Positions 1-10,390 of a stretch of DNA of 64,000 nucleotides are shown here, piece by piece. How positions within the stretch are numbered: the stretch's first letter is position 1; the number at the start of each line of letters is the position of its first letter. The translations under genes and the position numbers were made by a program. Under the pieces are notes generated by a model. The model made no database searches and was not told the DNA's origin. It worked only from the letters and a program-made list of their open reading frames with translations. This DNA is from Octopus bimaculoides. Taxonomy: Eukaryota. The stretch lies in assembly GCF_001194135.2 (NCBI RefSeq), contig NC_068984.1:87142620-87206619 (forward strand), written 5' to 3'.

Positions 1-150
1 CAGACGAGGACAGGTGGTGTAAATAACAAAAGTATATATTAGTATGACGCTCGGGAATACGGAAAGTCTTTGACGTTTCGAGCTACGCTCTTCAACAGAA
101 AGAATACGGAGACAAGGAGAAAAACACGGAGAAAAAAAAATTGAGAAAAA
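1..150 (-). mobile_element. Penelope-like element terminal repeat (pLTR) fragment
   Basis: Homologous to 32290-32460, the 3' terminus of the GIY-YIG Penelope element in this window (shared GCTCGGGAA..AAAGTCTTT..TTTCGAG..CTTCAACAGAAAG). Carries a hammerhead-like motif. Confidence 0.7.
67..103 (-). ncRNA. Minimal hammerhead-ribozyme-like motif with variant core
   Basis: Minus strand reads UCUUU-CUGUUGAA-GAG CGUAG CUC-GAAAC-GUC-AAAGA: 5-bp helix I, 3-bp helix II, palindromic ACGU helix III and a GUC site. The core is CUGUUGA rather than CUGANGA. Confidence 0.55.
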
Positions 151-180
151 AAATTGATATATATATATATATATACATAT

Positions 181-337
181 ATACGACGGGCTTCTTTCAG
201 TTTCCGTCTACCAAATCCACTCACAAGGCTTTGGTCGGCCCGAGGCTATAGTAGAAGACACTTGCCCAAGGTGCCACGCAGTGGGACTGAACCCAGAACC
301 ATGTGGTTGGTAAGCAAGCTACTTACCACACAGCCAC
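181..337 (-). mobile_element. tRNA-derived SINE, family A (head GTGGCTGTGTGGTAAG...AAGAAGCCCGTCGTATAT)
   Basis: Near-identical to copies at 42204-42368, 44910-45075, 53755-53910, 17711-17862 and 13565-13694; box A/B-like head. Confidence 0.9.
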
Positions 338-476
338 TTCATAAAAACATACATATACATACATATATGCGTAATGCATACACACATATATATGTATATA
401 TGTATGTATGTATACACACACACGCGCATATATCTATATGTGTATGTATGTATATATACATACACACATATATATA

Positions 477-1364
477 CGAGGGGGTACCCAAAAGAAACCG
501 GAATTTTGCAATATTATTTTATCACTAAATTTTGCATGTTTACACTTTTATCGCCTTCAAAGCGTTCTCCACATGAAGCAATGCATCTGTCCAGATGCGT
601 TTTCCACAGTGGGAAGGAGTGTGAGATCTGTTGCGAAGTGATACGCCTCCGTCTTTTTTCTTCACTTCTTCCACATCTACAAATTCCGTAGCACCAGCTT
701 TCGTCACCAGGGATGACTTTCGAAAAAAGGTTTGGATCAACTTGCAACTGTTCTTTCAGTTCACGACACGCATTCATTCGTGACTGCTCTTGATCTTCCG
801 TGAGCAAGCGAGGCACAAATTTTGCTGCAACTATTTTCATTCGCAATTCTCCGCTCAAAATTCGTTGGTATGAGCTCCAGGACAGATTAGTCATATCAAC
901 GAGTTCATCAGTTGTTCGGTGACGGTTCTCCAAGATCAGTTCATGAATTTTCATGATGTTTTCATTCGTTCGGGAGGTCAACGGTCTCCCTGAACGAAGT
1001 TGATCTTCAAGCGACAAGTGACCATTCCTAAAGCGTGAAAACCATTCGTAAACGTGTGTTTTGCTTTTGGCAGCGGCCTGTGTAGCTGTTTGAAGCATGA
1101 TAACTGTTTCGGCCTCCGTTTTCCCCAACAAATTTTCACGGAAGCACGCTGTTCCTTCGTTTCAGCCATAACAAAAATCGAGGAACAAGAGAGAAGCACT
1201 GCAAAACAAAGACACACCAAGTGGCAATATGATGACACTGGACAAAGCCGGTCGGCAGACTTATGCCTGAGGGTTGCAACAAGAGGCCTCTAGCCGCAAA
1301 AGCCTGAACTACAACGGGCTTGTCCCACAGAGAGCGTTTCCGGTTACTTTTGGGTGCCCCCTTA
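477..1364 (-). mobile_element. Mariner DNA transposon, internally deleted, both TIRs present
   Basis: TIRs CGAGGGGGTACCCAAAAGAAACCGGAA (477-503) and the reverse complement of 1338-1364 (TAAGGGGGCACCCAAAAGTAACCGGAA), flanked by TA inside TA/CA microsatellite. Translation gives VYEWFSRF..RSGRP..AAKFVPRLLT..PGDESWCYG joined to the C-terminal DVEEVKKK/RCIASCGERFEGD. Confidence 0.93.
514..1170 (-). pseudogene. Mariner transposase pseudogene (frameshifted, catalytic core deleted)
   Basis: ORFs 978-1238 (MAETKEQRASVK), 514-1131 and 540-740 give HTH domains and the first catalytic D (GDESW); the rest of the DD34D core is absent. Confidence 0.9.
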
Positions 1365-1391
1365 TATATATACATACATACATACATACAT

Positions 1392-1432
<41 letters not shown>

Positions 1433-2624
1433 CGCACACAGCAATATCGGTTTTCTTTATGATGTGCTATGGAGGTGGAGCAGTGTCCATGACCTTGTTT
1501 GTGTTCGTCCAAATGGGGAAAGAAAAAACGAACAAATTATCTAAGGTCAGAACAGAGTAGAGAAGCTGCCTGTCATGTAAACTGTTTTTAACTTATATCA
1601 ACCATAGGGCAAATGACGAAGACGACAACAGAGGGGAACATGATAATGTTGATGATGATGATGTTGATGACTACGGTAGTAGTTATGATAAAAACTAGGA
1701 AATGTGAGTTATGTGGAGACATCAAATTTAAATTATAACACCAACAGACCGTAATTAAAGGGCGCTATTTTGGGTGACGGTAAAATGCATCAATTTAACG
1801 TTAAACTCTATTACCAGTAAACAAGAGCTGTAAGGAAAAAAAAAGGAAGAAAAGATATCGTCTTACTAAGCGTCACATTTTCTTTTGTTATTTAATCGTG
1901 CTATAAAATATGCGTTCAGTTATAAGAAACAGTGACAGGATATATGAAGTGTACTAACAGACAAAAATTGATAATTGTTCAGAAAAAATGAAATGTATAA
2001 ATGAATAAAAAGACTCTAAAGCCTTCTAGCGATATATATGAAAATAAAAAATTTAAAAAACCTGTATAATTTATTTTTTCATTTTATTGAATAATTCGTT
2101 CCCACACGAGTAGTACATGTAAAACAGAATAAAGCAAATTTTATGCAACGTGGTGAAATTGCAGACGCTATGCAATGAGGCAAAATTGAACATCTGAAAA
2201 TAAAGGCGGTATTTAATTACGTTGTCATTTTACATTCTGCGGACAATATATAATTTGCTGTATAGTCCTCCGTAGTTGATTTAATATATACCAGTAGTAT
2301 AGCGAGATATGCTGTATGTTCATTCGATCGATTGCACTAGTAAGTTATTATCGTTTAGTCTATACTATTGAGTGATAGATTTAACACGTCGTCCAGTTTA
2401 ACACCATCACTAGACCTAGTATATCTTTTGCAAACATTCGGGGACTAGGTCGCCGATAGTGCTAGGTCTCTCCCGACTAAACAATGTAAAAAAAAAAATT
2501 CAGAAAACAAAATGTACAAACAATATTATGATGTACCGTTAGACAATTCAACTGACTGTGTTTGTTAGTTATAAGTGTTTAGTAGGGTACTAATGTAATA
2601 AACCAAAACGAACAGGGAAAACTG

Positions 2625-2765
2625 GAACGGTCGTTCAATCAACTGGTTATATATAGCGGCACAACGCCACAAATTCCTCAAATAACACTACTGCAGTCTT
2701 AAAAAGGGAACGGCACGTCGGACAATGTAATGACAGATATTAAACAACAACAACAACAACAATAA
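2625..2765 (+). mobile_element. SINE-like repeat, family D (CTAGAAATAGCAGCCAAATC...(CAA)n tail), degenerate
   Basis: Similar to copies near 4140-4250, 10905-11110, 18860-18942, 20355-20780, 26200-26310, 26610-26760, 37970-38230, 39537-39745 and 45520-45740. Confidence 0.55.
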
Positions 2766-3129
2766 TCCTTTAGTGGAAAGTGGGTTATACATCTTTAGAT
2801 GTATACCTGACTTTCCTACATAAAATTAAGAATATAACGGAACACTGAACTCCAGACTATCAACTTAAATAACATTTATTCAGGTGGTAAATATATACAT
2901 CTTTAGCTCTTGTTTGTTGTTACAGCTTCTGTGTGTGTGAGCATGGTTGTTGGGACGTTGGTATGTAGATGTAAGCGAGCTGTCGAGCGTAAGTCCGAAA
3001 GATGAAGAGAGACAGCTAAACACGTCCATGCTCAATCGCTGGCCAGCAAGAAAGAGACAGAATTAAGCGGGAAAGCTTGCTTGTTGAATTCCACGCATGC
3101 GTGAGACTACGCATGCGCACGGCGTTACT

Positions 3130-3247
3130 ACAATCCTTTCTACTATAGGCACAAAGTCTGAATTTGTTAGGGAGGGGACTAGTCAATTACATCGACCCCA
3201 GTGTTTTATCGACTCCGAAAAGTTGAAAGGCAAAGTTGATCGCGGCG

Positions 3248-3251
<4 letters not shown>
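3130..3251 (-). mobile_element. SINE family B fragment
   Basis: Reverse complement of the GTCGACTTTGCCTTTCATCCTTTCGGGGTCGATAAA/CACTGGGGTCGATGTAAT core seen at 4474 and 61997. Confidence 0.8.

Positions 3252-3322
<71 letters not shown>
3249..3322. repeat. (TAA)n microsatellite
   Basis: About 24 perfect TAA units; the source of the poly-I and poly-L spurious ORFs. Confidence 0.98.
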
Positions 3323-3324
<2 letters not shown>

Positions 3325-4473
3325 GACGGTTGAAATGGCTTTGGTCATAGGTCAGCTCTACCAGTGCTGATACGGAGGCTATACATTCTTTCAATACCAA
3401 CAGCAACATCAACAATACCAACTATTAACTGAATGGAGGAAATCTGAAGGTATAACTTTAAATTGGTGTTAAAATTGCATATTATTCTCCATTGTAGATT
3501 GATTGAACTTTATTTTCGTTTTGAATACCCACTATATCCAAAAGAACAAAAAAAAGAAAAACAACAAAAAATAACAAATAAATAACAACAACAAATAAAC
3601 AAAGTTTGTGTCTCGGTCGGAGAACAGATGTTGTTATCTTGGTAGTTTCCAATTCATTGAAAATATAATTTGTATAACATTAATATTTAATAATTAATTA
3701 GTGAGTAAGTTCAAGTCCCTATAGAGCAGACGCAAGTTACTTGTGAGCTAACATTGCAAACGAGTTTCAATTCCCCAGTTGTAGGTATTTATATCAGAAA
3801 TGTAGTGAGCCAGTTACTGCCCCGTTGGAAACTTGTAACCAACGTAAACCATTGTTCGCCATATTGTGAGAAAAAAGAAATAAATACAATGACCCATATA
3901 TAATGTGGTGTAAATAAAGTGTCACAAGCATTTCCAGGATTAATCATTGTTGGAGAAGAATGAGTAAATCGATTCAATAAAGTATATAATCAAGTTTTCT
4001 GATATTTGTACCAACCAACCAGCCAACCAACACTACTATCTTGTTATAATTATTGATTTCTCATAACTGACACCAGCTCTCATATTTATAAGTGTCAAAT
4101 TAAGTCTGTAGTCGAAGTAATAGTGGTAGCAGATGTTGTTGTTGTTGTTTAACTCCAAGTCAATACTGTTTAAGCAAATCTATGATCACAGGCGTGGAGA
4201 CTGTGGACACTATCTTTTCAGGGAATCCATAGCTGCATTATCTAATACAGTGTTTCCAAAAGTGGGTATCATAAAAAAATTCTAGGCTTCCGCCAGATAA
4301 GGTATCTTTAATAAATTTAATAAAAATTATTTTATAAAAAAATTTTTAAAAAGTGGTTTCACCATTTTTCGAAATAGGTTTTTATCAGAAACTTTTTTTT
4401 TCCCAGAGGAACGACTTCTCTATTTTAAACAATTTTTGTTTCATTTAACGTATTATATTATTTAGTATATTGT

Positions 4474-4881
4474 AGGCGGCGAGCTGGCAGAAACGTTAGT
4501 ACGCCGGGCGAAATGCTTGGCGGTATTTCGTCTGTCTTTACGTTCTGAGTCAAAATTCTGCCGAGGTCGACTTTGCCTTTCATCCTTTCGCGGTCGATAA
4601 ATTAACTACCAGTTGCATATTGGGATCGATCTAATCAACTGGCACCCTCCCCCAAACTTTCGGGCCTTGTGCCTAGAGTAGAAAAGAATCATGTATTAGC
4701 GGTATTTCGTCTGTTGTTACGTTCTGAGTTCAAATTCCGCTGAGGTCAACTTTGCCTTTCATCCTTTCGGGGTCGATAAATTAAGTACCAATTACGCACT
4801 GGGGTCAATGTAATCGACTTAATCCCTTTGTCTGTCCTTGTTTGTCCCCTCTATGTTTAGCCCCTTGTGGGCAATAAAGAA
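4474..4881 (+). mobile_element. Tandem pair of SINE family B copies (full copy 4474-4690, 5'-truncated copy 4695-4881)
   Basis: Head AGGCGGCGAGCTGGCAGAAACGTTAG, box B-like GAGTTCAAATTCC, shared core and two different 3' tails. The second tail is essentially identical to that of 61997-62233. Confidence 0.9.
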
Positions 4882-5439
4882 TTTTATATTATTATAATTA
4901 TTGTATTATAAAAAGTTAGGGTGGTCGGAATTATTCGTAAAACATGTGTTCTTCGATTTTCGAAAATCGTATAATTGAGGCTACGACGAAATAAATTTGG
5001 AAATCGTTGACCTAATGTCTCCTTTCCTTTAACCCCCCCCCAAACAGCAGTGTTTTATCTGAGGGGAATTCGGCCACTATTTCTTGCATGTCAAAAGACC
5101 ACGCAGAGGCTCTTTCGTTAGCTTGTCAGTATAGTTAGTTGAATTGACTCCCTTTCTATGTGTAGTACTTAATTTAATGACACTGTTGTTCACTGGCGGT
5201 GCTCCAGTATGGTTACAGCCTTAGGATTAAAACACGTCAAAAACAAAAGGTTAAAAGAATGTACGGATTTGAATTCAGAATATAAAGGTACGTAACCGAA
5301 TACTTTTCAACCTGCTGCTTCTGTCACTACGATACTTTTAGAGTCAACATATCTCTCTTCCTCCTCACTGTGTGTGTGTGTGTGTGTGTGTGTATTTATA
5401 AACATACTTACATATACACATATATGTATGTGTATATTT

Positions 5440-5990
5440 ATAAAACTCTGTTAACCCATCTGGCTACGAAAGTTTCATAATAACCGACTCTGAACCAAGT
5501 ATCACAAACCAGAACCCCTTGACCTCAACATATGTGTGGTTGAACACAGAACGGATGTTCTATTCACGTCTGTTTGAAGCATTCAAAATTTTGTAAGCCA
5601 CTATTCAACAGATATGTTCTACAAGACTACTGTACCTGCTGATGCTCATTTTCACGCGAAACACCAGCCCCTACCAATTGAATGAGCCCTGTAATACAGA
5701 GGTCATCATATACGAGGCAGAAGTTAAGTCAAAATACATAAGCCTTGATTCCACTTACAAATGCTATACTAGCATGAGCGAAGGAAATTTAAAGTAAAGC
5801 TTTTACAATCATACCCATTCATTCGGAAACATTGAAAGACAAAATGTAACGAATCTTCCGAGTTATATATATAGTTATTAAAAGAAAATGCTTCGAACTA
5901 TAATACAACTTTTATAAACAATACAGAAAAATACCTAACCTGCAACTATGATAAAAACATGAAAGCCAATTGAACAGAAACTGCTGTTGC
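5440..5990 (+). mobile_element. Naiad-type Penelope remnant (thumb/linker plus GIY-YIG), decayed
   Basis: Manual translation: SGY..VWLN..LFNR..QLNEPCNTEVIIYEAEV..CYTSMSEGNLK*SFYNHTHSF..TNLPSYIY, matching the C-IIYxAxV-YIG-FKxRxxNHxxSF pattern of Naiad endonucleases. Confidence 0.6.
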
Positions 5991-6369
5991 CGCCTTTCCC
6001 AAAATCACAGAATTTATTTCAAAAGATAGAGTTCTCTTCACACACAACCCAAAATAATATTAATAAACATGACACAAATATTTAAAGAAACTGCAACACG
6101 AACGATATTAAAAACGTATTTATAGAACTGAAATTTTATTATCGCAACGTATACAGCAATAATTTAAGAAGCATTCTTAAAATCACACTGAAGAGCACTT
6201 TATTTGAACTTATAACTAGAGTATATTAAGCGGAGCCTTTTCAGACCTTGGTAGTAGTCATAAATTACATAAAAATCCTGCATTGAATATGCCCATCATC
6301 GTCAACTGTTCCTCAGAGTCGACGATGATTGTTTAGTAGATTTATCTTTTATGGTTTCGGAGAGACAAT

Positions 6370-8411
6370 ATAGGCCAATGCGGTACCCATGAAGACGGAA
6401 ATCATTGATAAACATGAGAGAGGAATGCGTGTGGCGGACACAGCACGTCAAGACGACCGAAGCACGTCGACGATCCGCACCATACTGATGAAAAAGGACG
6501 TGATCAAGGCTGTTTCAATAGCAAAGGGTGTCTCCAGGCTTTCTAAGCAAAGCACATATATACACGAAAGGACGGAAAAATTGCTTTTCCTATGGATCAA
6601 TAAGAAGCAACTCGCAGGGGATACGATTACGGAGACCATTATCAGCGAGAAAGTACGAGCGCTGTATGGGGTTCTCCTGAAGCGGAACCGTGGAACATCG
6701 ACGGAGGAAACACCAGCAGACACATTTAAGGCCAGTAGCAGCTAGTTTCATAATTTTCAAGAAGACTGGTGTTCATAGCGTCGTCAGGTATGGAGAAGCA
6801 GCGAGTTCTGACACGAAGGCAGCTGAAGATTTCGTGCGTGAATTCCGTTAGCTCATCGCAGCCAAGGAGTACATCGTACAACAGGCATTCAACTGTGATG
6901 AAACTGGCCTTTTTTGGAAAAAAAATTGCTCGGAAGAACCTACATATCTGCAGAGAAGAAAATGCCAAGCCACAAGCCTATGAAAAGTAGGCTAACTCTC
7001 GCCCTGTGGCCGATGCGAGTGGAGACTTGAAGATTAAGCCGCTTCTTGTCTACCATTCCGAAAACCCATGAGCGTTCAAGTCGCACAAAATTCCGAAGAA
7101 GAAGCTGCAGGTCATGTGGAGGACAAATGTTAAAGCCTGGGTCACCAGGTAATTCTTCTCCGAGTGGGTCAATCTTGTCTTCAGACCAGCAGTGAAAAAG
7201 TACCTTCTGGAGAACAATCTTCCTCTCAAGGCCCTCCTAACCTCGAAGATGATATCCAAGACGAATTTAAATTCATAAAAGTTTTGTACCTTTCATGCAA
7301 CACCACTCCTATCTTGCAGCCTATAGACCAACAAATGATTTCTAATTTCAAGAAATTGTACACCAAACACCTGTTTCGTCGGTGCTTTGAAGCCACCGAA
7401 AATACAAATCTAACCTTTTGTGAGTTTTGGAAGGAGTACTACAACGTTGTAAACTGCCTGAAAATCATCGATATGGCCTGGCAAGGTGTAACGAGGAGAA
7501 CGCTGAGTTCTATATGGAAGAAACTGTGGCCTGACTGCGTATCCGGAAGAGACTTCGAGGGGTTTGAGTCTGAGACACCTATAGTCGAGGAGATAGTGTC
7601 TCTTGTGGGCCTTGGGGTTGATGATGGGGACATTAACGATCTCGTCGAGGAATGCCCAGAGGCGCTGACGACAGATGAACTCCTGCTTCAGGAGCAGCAG
7701 CATTTGGAAGCGGTGGAAGAGATTGATTCCCCGCAGGAGGACAGTGTTGCAGAGAATGCTATCTCTACGAGTGACATAAAGGCAGTGTTGGCAAAGTGGC
7801 AATATGTTTCTAAATTTGTAGAAAAATATCATCTTGAGAAAGTAGCTACAGGTCGTGCAGCTGCTTTATTTAATATTTTAGTTAATGATACTTTTCCGGC
7901 GCATTTTCGTAACATTTTAAAAGGCAGGAAAAAGCAGACTTCTCTTGATATGTTTCTAATGAAACGACCTGCAAATGTAAAGTGAAGAAAGTGTGTCCCA
8001 AATGTCTATATTAAGCGAAGTGAGAGAGAAAATGCCAGAAATTGTTCTTCCTGAAGTCATAATGGAAGGAGAATCTCCTTTCAAACAGTAATCCTCCTCC
8101 TCCCCGCTCTATCACCTTCCTCACGCACAAATCGTCCCATCTTAAAGGTAATCCAGTTAATAAAACCAGTTTACATATTTCTTTTGCATTCTCTTTTTTA
8201 TAATTGTCATTTTAATTGTAACTGCACCTTTTCTGTTTTAAAACCCATAAAAAATTATTTTGGGGTGTTTTTTGTTTTTTGGTAGTGGGGCTGGAACGGA
8301 TTAATTATATTTTAGTTAATTTCAATGGAGAAAATTGATTTGTAAAACGAGTAAATCGTCAAACGAGCTCGGTCATGGAAAGAATTAAACTCGTACTGCG
8401 AGGTATCACTG
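6370..8411 (+). mobile_element. Tigger/pogo DNA transposon, 5' TIR missing, transposase disrupted
   Basis: CENP-B HTH (MKTEIIDKHERGMRVAD..LLFLWINKKQLAGD..FKASSS), FNCDETGLFWKK, ILQPIDQQMISNFKKLY. Right TIR is the reverse complement CAGTGATACCTCGCAGTACGAG followed by TA at 8412. Confidence 0.92.
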
Positions 8412-8420
8412 TATATACAT

Positions 8421-8462
<42 letters not shown>

Positions 8463-8559
8463 ACATACATATATACATTCATACATACATTCATACATAA
8501 TATCACACATAATATATATATATATGAAAGTTTGAATTTAGTTCACGGACGCCTAGTAC

Positions 8560-9520
8560 TATCTTTGCGGACCACCAGGGGTTTGTACTTTTTGTATTAT
8601 TTCTCAAGTCATTTGATCACAAATTGGGCAGACTAGCTGGTGGTGACTCGTACTTTGGACTGTTTCTTAGTCACAGAAAAGGGGTTCCACATTTTTGCCC
8701 CTCAGTCTACTTTTGATTATGATATATTCGGTTATGATATTTCTACTTTCATTGTGTAGAGTTCGAGACATTTGACATTTTCTTTCTTCCTTTACACCCT
8801 CAAATGTGGCATTGGCGGAACATTTAGCAGTTCTGTGAATATCACGGAACTTGTGTCTCGCTTATATTTTCTTAAACCCTTTTGAGTAAGTGATTAAGAA
8901 ATTAATGGGTAAATTCCACTGTATCAAACCGGGTGAATCTACAGATTACTTTGTGTTCTATGCTATTAAACTATTAAACTATTAAACTATTGGTTACAGC
9001 GATGCTACTGATCCATTCTGTGAATATTTCCGAGGTGTTTTTAAACTTTGAGTTTATGGAGTCAGGGATGAGTTTACTAACATTCTCAATTCACTTATGA
9101 CGGCTAGGATTGCCTTTTCTTAGGATTTGTGTATGTGGTCCTTTACAATTATGTATGACTTGCACACAGCTCAACATTTTACCCTGTCTTCTATTTTAAG
9201 AAACTAGCACCTTTTCGCTTTGCATTTAATTGTATTGTAATTGATGAGGGTAACTTTTTGATAGTTTTTAGCAATATTTTCTGACACGAGTTTGAAGTGT
9301 ATAGCTCTATTCAGCATATAAAGGTTTTAAAGTTTCGTCGGCGAATATTTGTGTCTGTTATCTAATGACTTTTTACGTAAAGGGAATTTGCGAATCTTAA
9401 ATCCGAACTCAGTGTATCTATATTTTATTTCAAAGGAGTAAACTTACTAATGCATATACTTGACGATGTGTTCAGTTTTCTTGATAACACATAGTATAGA
9501 GCATTTTCGAAGGCATCGTG
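8560..9520 (-). mobile_element. Naiad-type Penelope remnant, old and decayed
   Basis: Manual minus-strand translation across frameshifts: KNITMPSKMLY, FGFK, IFADET, ENIAKNYQKV, KDH, SEL..VSKLIPDSINSK..EW, RFTRFDTVEF. Confidence 0.62.
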
Positions 9521-10140
9521 ATGTTCTTCGTGGAGTAATGTGGTTAACTAAAATAAACTGCGATTAGATATCAGTGACGTGCATCACCATTTCTCTGCTG
9601 AATAAATGTTTTGTGTCATCCCTGAAAGATTGATTTTCAAATCCTATCAAATTTACCAATTCACATTCAAATTTAAAATTCTCATAGCAGACCTCTGATT
9701 AGAAAACTTGACTGCTATGTCAAGCAGTTTAAGTGATCATGTAGAAGTTTTCTCGTCGTCTCTTAGTTTCTATGTTGTACAATATATTACTTCAGATTAT
9801 ATATATATATAATGTAAAAATTTTAATTTATTGTATGGTATATTATGAGTAATGAAGCACTAAAAATTTAGCATTAATAAACCGGATACAGAGAGTATTA
9901 AAAAGTTAACTAGAAATGATGGCAAAGTACGAAAAATAAGGAAAATACAAACAATATAAGTAAATGGCTAATATAATTTTAGCTGTTTTGGTACGTAAGT
10001 GAGGCATCTCTGAAGATATTTCATTATTATGAAATAAATACACAAAATTTCACAATGGTTGTCGTCGAAAAATAGAATTGTTTATAGAAAAAGTTTTTGT
10101 GATGGTTGGTTGTATTTGAAGCTTAAATGCACAATATGAA

Positions 10141-10390
10141 TAACTAAATACATACATACGTACGTACATACATACATACATGCATACATACATAATACAT
10201 ACATTCATATATGCAAACTAAATAACTAAATACATACATACGTACACACATACATGCATTCATACATATATGCAAACATCTAAATCCATCCATCCATCCA
10301 TCCATCCATATGTACATACATATATACAAACACATATATACATATTTGTATGGATATGTATATATATGTGTGTTTGTGAGTGTGTGTGCG
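10141..10390. repeat. Compound (CATA)n/(CATC)n/(TG)n microsatellite
   Basis: Directly visible low-complexity tract. Confidence 0.9.

Noticed and set aside
39-691. Many 60-170 aa ORFs rich in YI/HT/CV/MY/SL repeats here and throughout the window
   Set aside because: Translations of microsatellites, SINEs or N gaps; no coding signal.
6184-6215. CTGAAGAGCAC...TGAAC downstream of the Naiad GIY-YIG remnant as a hammerhead
   Set aside because: No GAAA and no convincing helices; at most a decayed relic.
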